Shown: positions 9,311-19,391 of the stretch, piece after piece
How the letters are laid out: each line of letters starts with the position of its first letter
How positions within the stretch are numbered: the stretch's first letter is position 1
NCBI GenBank assembly: GCA_964549305.1
Contig: CAZJVM010000012.1
Coordinates: forward strand, 1 to 44,039
Direction of reading: 5' to 3'
DNA from: an uncultured bacterium
GTDB taxonomy: Bacteria > Schekmanbacteria > GWA2-38-11 > J061
DNA length: 44,039 nucleotides
Program-made: the position numbers and the translations under genes
The notes under the pieces: model-generated
What the model was told of the DNA's origin: nothing
Database searches by the model: none
What the model saw: the letters and a program-made list of their open reading frames with translations, nothing else

Positions 9311-12300
9311 TTAATTTCGAGTTACAGATTTCCTTTCCGCTCTTTTAATTTCCAGTCCTTTGACAATTTCATATATAGCCGGAATCACTATTAGCGTGAG
9401 TATTGTTGATGAAATCATTCCGCCAACCATCGGCGCGGCAATTCTCTTCATAACCTGCGACCCCGCACCGTGCCCCCACAAAATCGGCAGAAGTCCTGCC
9501 ATAATGGCGGTAACGGTCATCATCTTCGGGCGCACTCTGTCAACAGCGCCAACTATAATCGCGTCATAAAGGTCTTTCATTCCCATTTTTCCTCGCTTTG
9601 CCAATATTTCTTCATAGGCGTGGTCAAGATAAATTATCATCACAACCCCTGTTTCCGCGGCAACTCCGGCAAGCGCAATGAAACCTACTCCAACGGCAAC
9701 AGACATATTGTAGTGAAGAAAATACATAAACCATATTCCGCCTGTTATCGCGAAAGGAAGTGAAAGCATAACAATGATTGCTTCTGTTACATTTCCGAAA
9801 TTCAGATAGAGTAGAAGAAAAATGATTGCAAGTGTCACCGGTATTACAATTTTTAACCTTTCCTTCGCCCTTTCCATATATTCATACTGCCCGCTCCATA
9901 CAATGTTGTAACCGGCAGGAAATTCGATATTTTCCGCTACTGCCTTTTGCGCCCTCTGCACATAAGTACCCACATCGATATCTTTAATATCTATGTATAT
10001 CCACGCGTTAAGGCGGGAATTTTCACTCTTTATGCCGGGAGGACCTTTCCTGATGCTTATGTTGGCAACCTGCGATATTGGGATATGCTCTCCTCTCGGA
10101 GTAGGAATGAGGACGCGCTTCAGCGAATCGAGGTCGTTTCGCAATTCCCTTCCGTATCGAAGGTTGACGGGATATCTTTCGCGTCCTTCAACGGTTGTTG
10201 TTACATTCATACCGCCTATTGCTGATAAGATGACATCCTGCACATCCCCCACTGTCAATCCATATCTTGCTGCCTCTTTTCGTTTTATGTCGAAGTCAAA
10301 ATAATTGCCTCCCACCACCCTTTCGGAATAAACGCTCAAAGTGCCCGGCACATCCCTTATTACCGCCTCGATATTCTCCCCTATTTTCTGAAGTGTGTTG
10401 AGGTCGTTTCCCGCAACTTTGATGCCCACGGGTGTTTTTATTCCCGTGCTCAGCATATCCACTCTTGTTTTGATTGGCATGGTCCACGCATTCGTTACAC
10501 CGGGAAATTTTATTGCCTTGTCCATTTCATCAATCAGTTTTTTCGGTGTCATTCCGGGACGCCATTCACTTTCCGGCTTTAACATTATTGTCGTTTCAAT
10601 CATACTAAGCGGCGCGGGGTCTGTGGCAGTTTCCGCCCTTCCGATTTTACCGAATACGTGGTGTACCTCAGGGAAAGTTTTAATTATCTTGTCAGTCTGC
10701 TGAAGTATCTCGCGCGCCTTTGTTGTTGAAATTCCCGGCAGTGTCGTCGGCATATAGAGAAGGTCGCCCTCATAAAGAGGAGGCATGAACTCTGAGCCGA
10801 TTTTCTGCAGGGGAAAATATGTTAGGGCAAGAACAATTATTGCCATAAATATTGTCGTTTTCTTAAAACGAAGGACTCCCTTTATAACGGGACGATAAAT
10901 CCAGATAAGAAACTTGTTAATAGGATTTTTCGTTTCAGGCATTATTTTTCCCCTTATGAGAAATCCCATCATTACGGGAACAAGCGTTATTGCAAGAAGC
11001 GCCGCCGCCGCCATTGAATATGTTTTTGTGAATGCCAGCGGTTTGAATAACCTTCCCTCCTGTGCCTGCAGGGTAAATACTGGAAGGAATGAAAGAGTGA
11101 TAATGAGGAGTGAATAAAAAAGTGGAGGACCTACCTCCTTCGACGAATCTGAGATAATCTGCCAGTGTTCTTTTTTCCCTCCGTCACGCTCGATATGCTT
11201 GTGGGCGTTTTCAATCATAACAATAGCGGCATCGACCATTGCGCCGATTGCTATCGCGACTCCTCCCAGTGACATTATATTCGCGTTGATTCCCTGATTA
11301 TACATTACGATAAAGGCAATCAATATGCCTACAGGCAGGGTAAATATGGCTACAAAGGCACTTCGCAAATGAAGTAGAAAAACGATGCAGACAAGGGCGA
11401 CAATCAAACTTTCCTCTATGAGTTTTTCCTTGAGAAAATCTATGGCGCGTTCTATGAGAGCAGACCTGTCATAAGCGGTCTTAATTTCGACTCCCGGAGG
11501 AAGTCCGACCTTTATCTCTTCAAGTTTCTTCTTCACCCTTTCGATTACGGCAAGAGCGTTCTCGCCGTATCTCATAATAACGATTCCGCCGACGACCTCC
11601 CCTTCCCCGTTTTTCTCGGCAATGCCCCGCCTAAGTTCGGGACCGAGATTCACCTCGGCAATATCTCTGATTAAAACCGGTGTCCCGTATTTATCAACAC
11701 CTACGGGAATATTTTTTACATCTTCAACATTCTTTATGTAGCCCAATCCGCGAACCATAAATTCCGTTTCAGCCATTTCGATAACTTTACCGCCCACATC
11801 ATTATTGCTTCGCTGAATTGCCATTTTTATCTTGTTGAGAGGGATGTTGTACGCAACAAGCTTATTAGGGTCAACGGTGATCTGATACTGCTTTACAAAC
11901 CCGCCGATGCTGGCGATTTCCGATACTCCCGACACACTGGTAAGCTCATATCTTATATACCAGTCCTGTATGCTTCTCAGTTCGCTGAGGTCATAACCGT
12001 CGCCTTCCACCGTGTATTCGAATGCCCACCCCACCCCTGTTGCGTCAGGACCTAAAGTTGGTGTGACAGACGGCGGAAGTTTTGACGACACGAAACTGAG
12101 ATATTCAAGCACCCTGCTTCTTGCCCAATACATATCAGTGCCGTCTTCAAATATGATATAGACGAATGAAAAACCGAAGAATGAATACCCCCTCACTGTC
12201 TTTGCAAAAGGCACCGAAAGCATTGTGGTCGTTAACGGATAGGTAACCTGATCTTCCACTACCTGAGGCGCCTGCCCCGGGTATTCGGTAAAGATTATAA

Positions 12301-12439
12301 CCTGCACATCGCTTAAATCGGGAATGGCATCGAGAGGTGTATTGACCATCGCAAAGATGCCCCACCCTATAAGAAAGAGTGTACCGAGGATAATGAGCAG
12401 TTTATTTTTAATAGACGCCTCTATAATTTTTTCTAACAT
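9311..12439 (-). CDS. cusA: CusA/SilA heavy-metal efflux RND transporter
   Basis: LDAIPDLSDVQVII, YWARSRVLEYL, GSEFMPPLYEGDLLYMP, DPAPLSMIET, IKTRVDMLSTG, RPKMMT. Confidence 0.97.
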   Translation of the reverse strand: MLEKIIEASIKNKLLIILGTLFLIGWGIFAMVNTPLDAIPDLSDVQVIIFTEYPGQAPQVVEDQVTYPLTTTMLSVPFAKTVRGYSFFGFSFVYIIFEDGTDMYWARSRVLEYLSFVSSKLPPSVTPTLGPDATGVGWAFEYTVEGDGYDLSELRSIQDWYIRYELTSVSGVSEIASIGGFVKQYQITVDPNKLVAYNIPLNKIKMAIQRSNNDVGGKVIEMAETEFMVRGLGYIKNVEDVKNIPVGVDKYGTPVLIRDIAEVNLGPELRRGIAEKNGEGEVVGGIVIMRYGENALAVIERVKKKLEEIKVGLPPGVEIKTAYDRSALIERAIDFLKEKLIEESLIVALVCIVFLLHLRSAFVAIFTLPVGILIAFIVMYNQGINANIMSLGGVAIAIGAMVDAAIVMIENAHKHIERDGGKKEHWQIISDSSKEVGPPLFYSLLIITLSFLPVFTLQAQEGRLFKPLAFTKTYSMAAAALLAITLVPVMMGFLIRGKIMPETKNPINKFLIWIYRPVIKGVLRFKKTTIFMAIIVLALTYFPLQKIGSEFMPPLYEGDLLYMPTTLPGISTTKAREILQQTDKIIKTFPEVHHVFGKIGRAETATDPAPLSMIETTIMLKPESEWRPGMTPKKLIDEMDKAIKFPGVTNAWTMPIKTRVDMLSTGIKTPVGIKVAGNDLNTLQKIGENIEAVIRDVPGTLSVYSERVVGGNYFDFDIKRKEAARYGLTVGDVQDVILSAIGGMNVTTTVEGRERYPVNLRYGRELRNDLDSLKRVLIPTPRGEHIPISQVANISIRKGPPGIKSENSRLNAWIYIDIKDIDVGTYVQRAQKAVAENIEFPAGYNIVWSGQYEYMERAKERLKIVIPVTLAIIFLLLYLNFGNVTEAIIVMLSLPFAITGGIWFMYFLHYNMSVAVGVGFIALAGVAAETGVVMIIYLDHAYEEILAKRGKMGMKDLYDAIIVGAVDRVRPKMMTVTAIMAGLLPILWGHGAGSQVMKRIAAPMVGGMISSTILTLIVIPAIYEIVKGLEIKRAERKSVTRN

Positions 12440-12466
12440 TGTTTGCCTCGCAAGTTAAATACCCGT

Positions 12467-13897
12467 TTATTCCATGCTCATTCCACTCATATCCATATCT
12501 TCATCATCCATCTGCATATCATTCATATTCATATCTTTCTCTTCCATTTTACCGGATTTGCCTTTTTTGATTTCAAGCATCTTCTGAATAGCTTCATTGA
12601 GATTGCTTTCCGAATCAATGAGGAAGTGCGAAGACGTGACAATCTCATCACCTTCTTTAACGCCGTCAATAATTTCAATGAAATTATCCGCCACTTCAAC
12701 ACCTACTGTTACTTCTCTCGGGTCAAACAATCCGTTGCCTTTGTTCAGCACCACGATATTTCTTTTTCCCGACCTTATAACCGCATATGACGGAACCGCC
12801 ACTGCCTCACGTCCGAGGTCGGATTCAATTACTACATCAGCATACATTCCGGGTTTTAATTCCCATCGCGGATTTGAAAATTCAAGGCGCACTTTTACTG
12901 TTCTGGTTTTCTCCTCGAGATAGGGATAGATGTAGGTAACTTTCCCTGTGAACTTCTTTCCGGGAATATAGCTTAGCGTCATCACGGCTTTTTGCCCAAG
13001 CTTAATCCACGGAAGTTCATATTCATAAATATCTGTATAAACCCAGATAGTTGAAATATCAGCAAGGCGGTATAGAGGCATTCCGTTTTTTACATACATT
13101 CCCTCAACTGCCATTTTATCTATTACTACCCCGCGGGAAAGCGAATTTATAACCATCCTTTTTTGCACCTGTCCCGTCTCCGCGAGTTTTTTTATCTGTG
13201 CTTCGCTGATATCCCACAACCGGAGGCGTCTTCTTGTTGACTCAAGCAGAGACTCAGAACCTTTAAGAATTTCAGGTGAAGAACTTTCCTGAAGTGTTCC
13301 TTTATATTTTAAAGCTAAAAGATATTCTTCCTGAGTTGAGACAAGTTCGGGACTGTATATTTCGATGAGCGATTGTCCTTCTCTAACCTCCTGACCCGTA
13401 AAATTGACATTTAGCTTTTCAATCCAACCTTCAATCTTAGTCGTAACATCAGTAATTTTTCTTTCATCATAATCAACCCTGCCAATTGTGCGGATTTCCT
13501 TTTTAAGATGAATTTTCTTTGCTAATTCAGTTTTAACACCTATGTTCTGGACCGTTACAGGATCAATCTTTATCCCTCCTTCTGTCGTCTCGTCACCTTC
13601 ATAAACAGGGATAAGGTCCATTCCCATTGGTGATTTTCCCGGTTTCTCTGATATGAAAGTAGGGTCCATAGGCGCCTGCCAGTAAAGTATTTTTTTCTCA
13701 CCATTTTCGCTTCCATCTCTTTCCTCAGCCATCGTGCTTTTATCATCGCTATTTTTTGTGATTACTTCTACAGCGCCTTTATTGACATTATCTCCAAACA
13801 GTTTCTCTCTGTAGATGAAACCAACAGCAAGTAAGCCCGCTATGATAAGCACCGTTATTACTATCAGGACACTGCTTCCTCTTTCATTTTTGTTCAT
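12467..13897 (-). CDS. cusB: CusB-type efflux periplasmic adaptor (MFP)
   Basis: Metal-binding YWQAPMDP...KPGKSPMGMDL, YSPEL..TQEEYL, LKPGMYA, FLIDSES; Met-rich C-terminal tail. Confidence 0.93.
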   Translation of the reverse strand: MNKNERGSSVLIVITVLIIAGLLAVGFIYREKLFGDNVNKGAVEVITKNSDDKSTMAEERDGSENGEKKILYWQAPMDPTFISEKPGKSPMGMDLIPVYEGDETTEGGIKIDPVTVQNIGVKTELAKKIHLKKEIRTIGRVDYDERKITDVTTKIEGWIEKLNVNFTGQEVREGQSLIEIYSPELVSTQEEYLLALKYKGTLQESSSPEILKGSESLLESTRRRLRLWDISEAQIKKLAETGQVQKRMVINSLSRGVVIDKMAVEGMYVKNGMPLYRLADISTIWVYTDIYEYELPWIKLGQKAVMTLSYIPGKKFTGKVTYIYPYLEEKTRTVKVRLEFSNPRWELKPGMYADVVIESDLGREAVAVPSYAVIRSGKRNIVVLNKGNGLFDPREVTVGVEVADNFIEIIDGVKEGDEIVTSSHFLIDSESNLNEAIQKMLEIKKGKSGKMEEKDMNMNDMQMDDEDMDMSGMSME

Positions 13898-13927
13898 TTC
13901 AATAACCTCTCGTTTTTATATTCATTT

Positions 13928-15226
13928 TTAAAACAATCTTTCACCGACAACATTTTCAAGCCTCGCCAGTGTTTTTTCATAATCGCTGAGTACCTTGTAA
14001 TATTCATTTTCATATTTAAATAATGTGACCCAGTTTTGAAGCATTGTAAGAAAATCCACCTTGTCAACCTGATAACCTGATATTGACGAATCAAGAGACT
14101 GTTTTGCCTGAGGCAGTATTCCTGTTTTATAAAGATTGATTAAACCCTTTCCTTTTTCTTCATCTGCCATAAGGTCTTTTAATTGATAATAAATTTCATT
14201 TTTCACCGAGTTAAATCTTTCCTCTGAAAGACTTTTTTCCGCAATAGTCTGCGCAACTCTTTTGTCCTGTTTCGTCCTGAAATAGAGAGGAATATTAACG
14301 GTAACAAATCCCGACACAAAATCAGGGCGGTCTATGTTGACGCCCTTTTTGTTTCTTCCCCCTTCCCTCTGCCCGTAGGATAGTCCCACATTAAAGTCAG
14401 GATAATATTCTTTTTTTGAAAGCTTGTATGATGCTTCAGCGCTCTCAATCAGTGCTTTTAAAGATTCCAGCAGGGGTCTTTTTTCAACTGCCCTTGACAT
14501 CAATTCCTCGAGAGTATGGTTGAACCCGGTTTTTTCCACATCAACAGTTTTACCGAGATGGGAGCGCGGGTCTCTGTAAAGAAGTGTGTTTAAGCGACTT
14601 TCTGCGGTTTGTCTCTTCTGCTTGAGTGTAATAAGATCTTCAATGATTTTTGAAAGTTCCACTTGCGCGAGCAAAACATCCTGCTGAAGTCCCCTGCCCA
14701 CAGAGTATTTTACTTCTGCAATTTCCACTAATTGTTCAAGAAGCGTTTTATTCTTCTCAGTTATCTCGATTGAGCGGTCAATGAAGAATATTTGGTAATA
14801 AGCATCTTTAACAGCGCTCAATATCTGAATTTTTTTGTCTTCATATTCAAAGCCAGTCGCATCCGCCTGATGCTCCGCAATTTCGGAGCGAAGTTTGAGT
14901 TTCCCCGGATAGGGAAATTTCTGTGAAAGTGATATCTGTTTCTGCGTCATATCCCAGTCACCGAAGCGGAAGGTATCAACGGGAAGCGCTGAGATACCGA
15001 GAGTCAGTTTCGGGTCGTCGAGACTTCCTGCCTGTGAGGGTATCTCCTTAAAGGCATTCCAGCGGTTTTCAAATGCCTTTATTTCAGGATTCTTGTCGAG
15101 TGCCTCTTTTATGAGCGAGTCAATGTTCAGGACTTCCGAATTAACCGTCTCCTCCGGTAAAGCACTAAAAGGTATTCCCGCAATCAAAAACGAAAAAATA
15201 AATATTAAAGGTAATAACCGTCTCAT
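13928..15226 (-). CDS. cusC: TolC-family outer membrane efflux protein (CusC-like)
   Basis: Signal peptide, SQKFPYPGKL, QQDVLLAQVE and YQVDKVDFL motifs; first gene of the CBA operon. Confidence 0.88.
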   Translation of the reverse strand: MRRLLPLIFIFSFLIAGIPFSALPEETVNSEVLNIDSLIKEALDKNPEIKAFENRWNAFKEIPSQAGSLDDPKLTLGISALPVDTFRFGDWDMTQKQISLSQKFPYPGKLKLRSEIAEHQADATGFEYEDKKIQILSAVKDAYYQIFFIDRSIEITEKNKTLLEQLVEIAEVKYSVGRGLQQDVLLAQVELSKIIEDLITLKQKRQTAESRLNTLLYRDPRSHLGKTVDVEKTGFNHTLEELMSRAVEKRPLLESLKALIESAEASYKLSKKEYYPDFNVGLSYGQREGGRNKKGVNIDRPDFVSGFVTVNIPLYFRTKQDKRVAQTIAEKSLSEERFNSVKNEIYYQLKDLMADEEKGKGLINLYKTGILPQAKQSLDSSISGYQVDKVDFLTMLQNWVTLFKYENEYYKVLSDYEKTLARLENVVGERLF

Positions 15227-15309
15227 AATTTCAAAACCTCATCTTTTTAGTTTTTCTCATATAGACATCCTGTTTTTCTTTAGGTTCCGTATTTTCTCAG
15301 TTATACTAT

Positions 15310-15325
15310 TGCAAAATACGTGCCA
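15310..15325 (-). promoter_or_regulatory. Sigma54 (-24/-12) promoter of the cusCBA operon
   Basis: TGGCAC-GTATT-TTGCA (GG-N10-GC), about 85 bp upstream of the cusC start. Confidence 0.85.
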
Positions 15326-15351
15326 CATATGAGAGTTTGTGCATAATGATA

Positions 15352-15364
15352 TAAGTAATTGATA
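15352..15364 (-). promoter_or_regulatory. IHF binding site
   Basis: TATCAATTACTTA matches WATCAANNNNTTR; lies between the sigma54 promoter and the putative enhancer. Confidence 0.7.
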
Positions 15365-15418
15365 TTATGGCTATTTATCTCCTGGATTTGACGCTTTGGT
15401 GTTGTGCATATCAGGAGA

Positions 15419-15456
15419 TGTAGGATATAATACAGACCTATGTATTATATGCTTTA
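15419..15456. promoter_or_regulatory. Putative upstream activator sequence for a sigma54 enhancer-binding protein
   Basis: TGT-N10-ACA at 15419-15434; perfect 10-bp inverted repeat ATATAATACA-gaccta-TGTATTATAT. Confidence 0.55.
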
Positions 15457-15547
15457 TATATTCAGCAAAAGGGTATATAAACGAGGTGAACAATCAACAA
15501 CTAAATCTTTTTAATATCACAATATCTTACTCATAAAGGACTTTCCC

Positions 15548-17302
15548 TTGGCATCTGACAAATCTTCATTCAGGAACTTCGATGAGCTTGACCTTATTAA
15601 GCCCCTTTACAAGGCATTAAACGATGTAGGTTACGAAACACCTACGCCGATTCAGTCAGCGACGATACCCCCCCTTCTCGAGGGCAGGGACATTATCGGG
15701 CAGGCACAGACAGGTACGGGAAAGACCGCGGCATTTGCCCTACCTCTGTTGTCCCGCATAGATATCAAAAAGAAAGCTCCCCAGATACTTGTGCTTACTC
15801 CCACCCGCGAACTTGCTATTCAGGTTTCGGAAGCATTCCAGCAATATGCTTCCCATATCAAGGGATTTCAGATAGTGCCGATTTACGGCGGTCAGGGATA
15901 CGGAGGACAACTTCGGCAACTTGGAAGAGGCGTGCATGTTGTAGTCGGCACACCGGGAAGAGTAACCGATCATATAAAACGCAAAACTCTCATACTTGAC
16001 AATATATCATCCCTTGTGCTCGATGAAGCAGATGAAATGCTCAATATGGGATTCATAGAGGATATTGAATGGATTATTGGGAAAACGCCACCTGAAAGAC
16101 AGACAGCACTCTTTTCGGCTACCGTGCCCGCAGTTATTCGAAAAATAGCAAAAAAATACCTGAAAAATCCGCAGGAAATAACCATCAAATCGGAAACCAA
16201 AACCGCTGACAATATCAATCAGCGATTCTGGATGGTTAGCGGTTCACACAAACTCGACTCGCTTACGAGAATACTTGAATCGGAAGACATTGACGGGATG
16301 CTCGTATTCGTCAGGACAAAACTTTCCACGGCGGAAGTGTCAAACCGCCTTGAAGCGAGAGGATACGCGTCTGCCGCGCTAAACGGCGATATACCACAGC
16401 ACCAGCGGGAAAAAACAATTGATATGTTAAAGTCGGGAAAGATAGATATTCTGGTTGCCACCGATGTCGCTGCACGCGGACTCGATGTTGACAGAATAAG
16501 CCATGTGATAAATTACGACATCCCCTATGACACGGAATCCTATATCCATCGCGTAGGTCGCACGGGCAGAATGGGTAAAAAAGGAGAGGCAATACTTTTT
16601 GTGGCACCGAGGGAGAGAAGACTGCTTTCTTCAATCGAAAAAGCGACAAGGAAGAAGATAAAGATGATGAATATGCCCTCTACCGCTGACATAAACGACA
16701 GGAGAATAGCGCGTTTCAAACAACGGATAACGGACACGCTTGCAATGGAAAATAACAAGCTGTTTTATGAAATAGTTGACCAATACAGACAGGAGTACAA
16801 TGTGCCCGCAATAGAAATTGCCGCGGCGCTTGCAAAAATGGCGCAGGGTGATGAGTCGCTTCTTTTGAAAGATATTCCCAAACCGGCAAAAAGCGTTCCT
16901 GTAAAGAGAGAGCGCAGAGGCAAAGCGCCTTCCGGTAAAAAAACACCGGTCAAAAGAGCAAAACCGGGAATGGAACAATTTCGTATTGAAGTGGGACAAA
17001 AAGACAATGTAAAACCGGGAAACATCGTCGGCGCCATTGCAAACGAAGCGCAGATGGATTCTGAATTCATAGGAAGGATAGAAATCCGTGATGATTACAG
17101 CATTGTCTCCCTTCCCGAAGGAATGCCCGACAATCTTCTCAAGCATTTAAAACGCGTGTGGGTTGCCGGGAAAAAGATGAATATTTCACGAATATCGGAA
17201 GAAGTAAGGGGAAAAAAGAAGTCACGGGGTCTCGTCTCTAAGAAGAAAGATAGCAGGAAGAAGACGCGTGGAAAAAAAGAATCGCCAACTAAAAGAAGTT
17301 AG
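15548..17302 (+). CDS. deaD: DEAD-box RNA helicase DeaD/CsdA
   Basis: AQTGTGKT, PTRELA, DEAD, SAT, ARGLD, HRVGRTGR; C-terminal DbpA-type RNA-binding domain (KPGNIVGAIANE) and basic tail. Confidence 0.95.
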   Translation: MASDKSSFRNFDELDLIKPLYKALNDVGYETPTPIQSATIPPLLEGRDIIGQAQTGTGKTAAFALPLLSRIDIKKKAPQILVLTPTRELAIQVSEAFQQYASHIKGFQIVPIYGGQGYGGQLRQLGRGVHVVVGTPGRVTDHIKRKTLILDNISSLVLDEADEMLNMGFIEDIEWIIGKTPPERQTALFSATVPAVIRKIAKKYLKNPQEITIKSETKTADNINQRFWMVSGSHKLDSLTRILESEDIDGMLVFVRTKLSTAEVSNRLEARGYASAALNGDIPQHQREKTIDMLKSGKIDILVATDVAARGLDVDRISHVINYDIPYDTESYIHRVGRTGRMGKKGEAILFVAPRERRLLSSIEKATRKKIKMMNMPSTADINDRRIARFKQRITDTLAMENNKLFYEIVDQYRQEYNVPAIEIAAALAKMAQGDESLLLKDIPKPAKSVPVKRERRGKAPSGKKTPVKRAKPGMEQFRIEVGQKDNVKPGNIVGAIANEAQMDSEFIGRIEIRDDYSIVSLPEGMPDNLLKHLKRVWVAGKKMNISRISEEVRGKKKSRGLVSKKKDSRKKTRGKKESPTKRS

Positions 17303-17332
17303 ATAGAACAACTCTCAATCATTACTCAAATA

Positions 17333-17962
17333 TTATTTTCCAACGGGACATTCGCTTATGCATTTAGAGCAGGCGCGACAAAGTCCCAAATTGACTTTAT
17401 TTGTTTCCTGCGGGTTTTGCGGACAAACATCAACACATTTATTGCACAATGTACAACCTTCTGTTTTTTCTTCTAAAGAAAGAGACAACTCACCTACTCC
17501 TTTCAATGCCGTTATAAAAACTCTTGGTCCGAATTCGGGATGGACAAGCAGACCGAAAGGACTTAGCGTACCCAGACCGGCTTTTTCGGCCAATTTAGGA
17601 AGGTTAACGCGCGGAGACAAAGGATAAAGCGCATTCCCTTTGATTCCATTTTTTTGAAGCATTTTATTGAGGCGGTAAATAAACATTTTTGTCTCTTCGA
17701 AAACAAGCGGATCAAAATCCATTGAATTCCATTTATGAAGAAAGACATATGTGTCATCGGTTTTCCCTATGTCGCTCACGTTTGACTTTATATATTCATC
17801 AATGCTTTCCCGCGGTGTGTAAAGTTTTCTGAATGGTCTCGAAAGAAGTATTCGCGGTTTTCTCTTCAGTAGAATAAGAGAAGGCATTAGATTGCCGAAC
17901 AACTCAATTCTCTTCTCGTCAGTTGATGCATCTATAAACTCATACTCTGAGTTTTCCGCCAT
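17333..17962 (-). CDS. Epoxyqueuosine reductase / reductive dehalogenase-like Fe-S protein (short)
   Basis: LAEKAGLG...LVHPEFGPRV motif and two CxxCxxCxxxCP clusters. Confidence 0.7.
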   Translation of the reverse strand: MAENSEYEFIDASTDEKRIELFGNLMPSLILLKRKPRILLSRPFRKLYTPRESIDEYIKSNVSDIGKTDDTYVFLHKWNSMDFDPLVFEETKMFIYRLNKMLQKNGIKGNALYPLSPRVNLPKLAEKAGLGTLSPFGLLVHPEFGPRVFITALKGVGELSLSLEEKTEGCTLCNKCVDVCPQNPQETNKVNLGLCRACSKCISECPVGK

Positions 17963-18193
17963 TATTCGCTCCTTATTTTTTGATTAATATCTTATCATTA
18001 TTGTGACTTTGTATAAAAAATTTTGACAATATGTAAAATATACACATCATTTCTTTTCACTGAATATTGCTAAAAGAGTCATTCTTTTTTTATTTAAAAA
18101 CATATTTTTATTATTCTTCTTGACGCGGAAAATATTATCAATAATATTCCAGAGGAAAAATACAATTAATTTTAAAGAGGCGTGTAAGGAAAA

Positions 18194-19219
18194 ATGATAA
18201 AGACGGCAATTTTAGGAGCATCGAGTCTCACATCGGAAGTCCTCATAAAGATACTTCTGAAGCATCCTCTGACGGAAATCGCGTTTCTCGAATCAGAGCA
18301 TTTAAGCGGTAAAAAAGCGTCAGATGTGCACCCTGCCCTTTCGGGATTGACCCGCTTAAAAATGAAAAAGCTCGATGTGAACGAAATCACAAAAAAATGC
18401 GATGTCGTCTTTATGGCAAAGGACAACGGTTACGCGCACACTGTGGCAGGAAAACTCGTAAAGAAGGGACTAAAGGTAATTGATTTGAGCGCGGACTTCA
18501 GGATTCAAAACACCAACACACATAAAAAATGGTACGGATTTGCCCACAAAGATAAGACGCTTCTCAAAAAGGCAGTTTACGGACTTCCGGAATTATACAG
18601 GGACAAAATCAGGAAAACATCCGTCGTCGCAAACCCCGGTTGCTATCCCACAAGTATAATCCTTGCCTGCGCGCCACTTTTGAAGGTCAATGTTGCTGAC
18701 AGTGTCGGGATATGCGTCGCGTCGTCTTCAGGCGTGTCAGGCGCGGGAAGGAACCCGAAACCGGGAATAAACCTTTTTATGGACAGTTACAGGAATCTTT
18801 TCCCCTACAAGGTTGCCGAACACAGGCATACTCCGGAAATCGAGCAGGTGCTTTCCGATGTAAAGGAGTCGAAGGTCAATGTTACCTTTATCCCCCATCT
18901 TGCGCCAATTGACAGAGGAATACTCACCACTGTTTTCCTCAATATAAAAAACAGGGTTTCACAAAAACAACTCACTGAAATCTACAGGGAGTTTTATGTG
19001 AACGACGCATTCGTGAAGGTCTGTGACGCGGGAAAGTTTCCTTCCACTAAAAATGTGGAAGGTACAAATTTTTGCGAAATCGGGACGGCAATTGACAGAC
19101 ATACAGATAAAATAATTGTAATCTCCGCAATCGACAATCTCTTCAAGGGCGCGTCAGGGCAGGCAGTGCAAAATATGAATATCCTCTGCGGACTTGATGA
19201 GGAAACAGGACTGATTTAG
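18194..19219 (+). CDS. argC: N-acetyl-gamma-glutamyl-phosphate reductase
   Basis: IDLSADFR, VYGLPE, NPGCYPT, SGVSGAGR, HRHTPEI, DNLFKGASGQAVQNMN. Confidence 0.92.
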   Translation: MIKTAILGASSLTSEVLIKILLKHPLTEIAFLESEHLSGKKASDVHPALSGLTRLKMKKLDVNEITKKCDVVFMAKDNGYAHTVAGKLVKKGLKVIDLSADFRIQNTNTHKKWYGFAHKDKTLLKKAVYGLPELYRDKIRKTSVVANPGCYPTSIILACAPLLKVNVADSVGICVASSSGVSGAGRNPKPGINLFMDSYRNLFPYKVAEHRHTPEIEQVLSDVKESKVNVTFIPHLAPIDRGILTTVFLNIKNRVSQKQLTEIYREFYVNDAFVKVCDAGKFPSTKNVEGTNFCEIGTAIDRHTDKIIVISAIDNLFKGASGQAVQNMNILCGLDEETGLI

Positions 19220-19391
19220 ATTTCTATTCCTCCTCTCTATTTCCAATTCGCTGTGGCATACTGACTCATCTCTGTTTATTCAATTATTAGCACTGCCCAC
19301 CACCTGTATTGGGGTTATTATTCTTTATTCTGGATATTTTCCCTGATATTGTTTATTAAAAAGAAATTATAAATACTGCGGGAGAATAATA

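Noticed and set aside
12443-12790. His-rich ORF (HIHIFIIHLHIIHIH), also 9131-9394
   Set aside because: CAT codons are the reverse complement of ATG runs in the Met-rich cusB tail and the Met-rich gene
13894-14094. 66-aa ORF between cusC and cusB
   Set aside because: Mostly overlaps cusC in another frame
4631-15456. MCP/cus block as a mobile genomic island beside dif
   Set aside because: No integrase, transposase, flanking repeats or second dif-like site seen at the right boundary
19285-19312. TTAGCACT as a CIRCE element
   Set aside because: The second half-site (GAGTGCTAA) is absent
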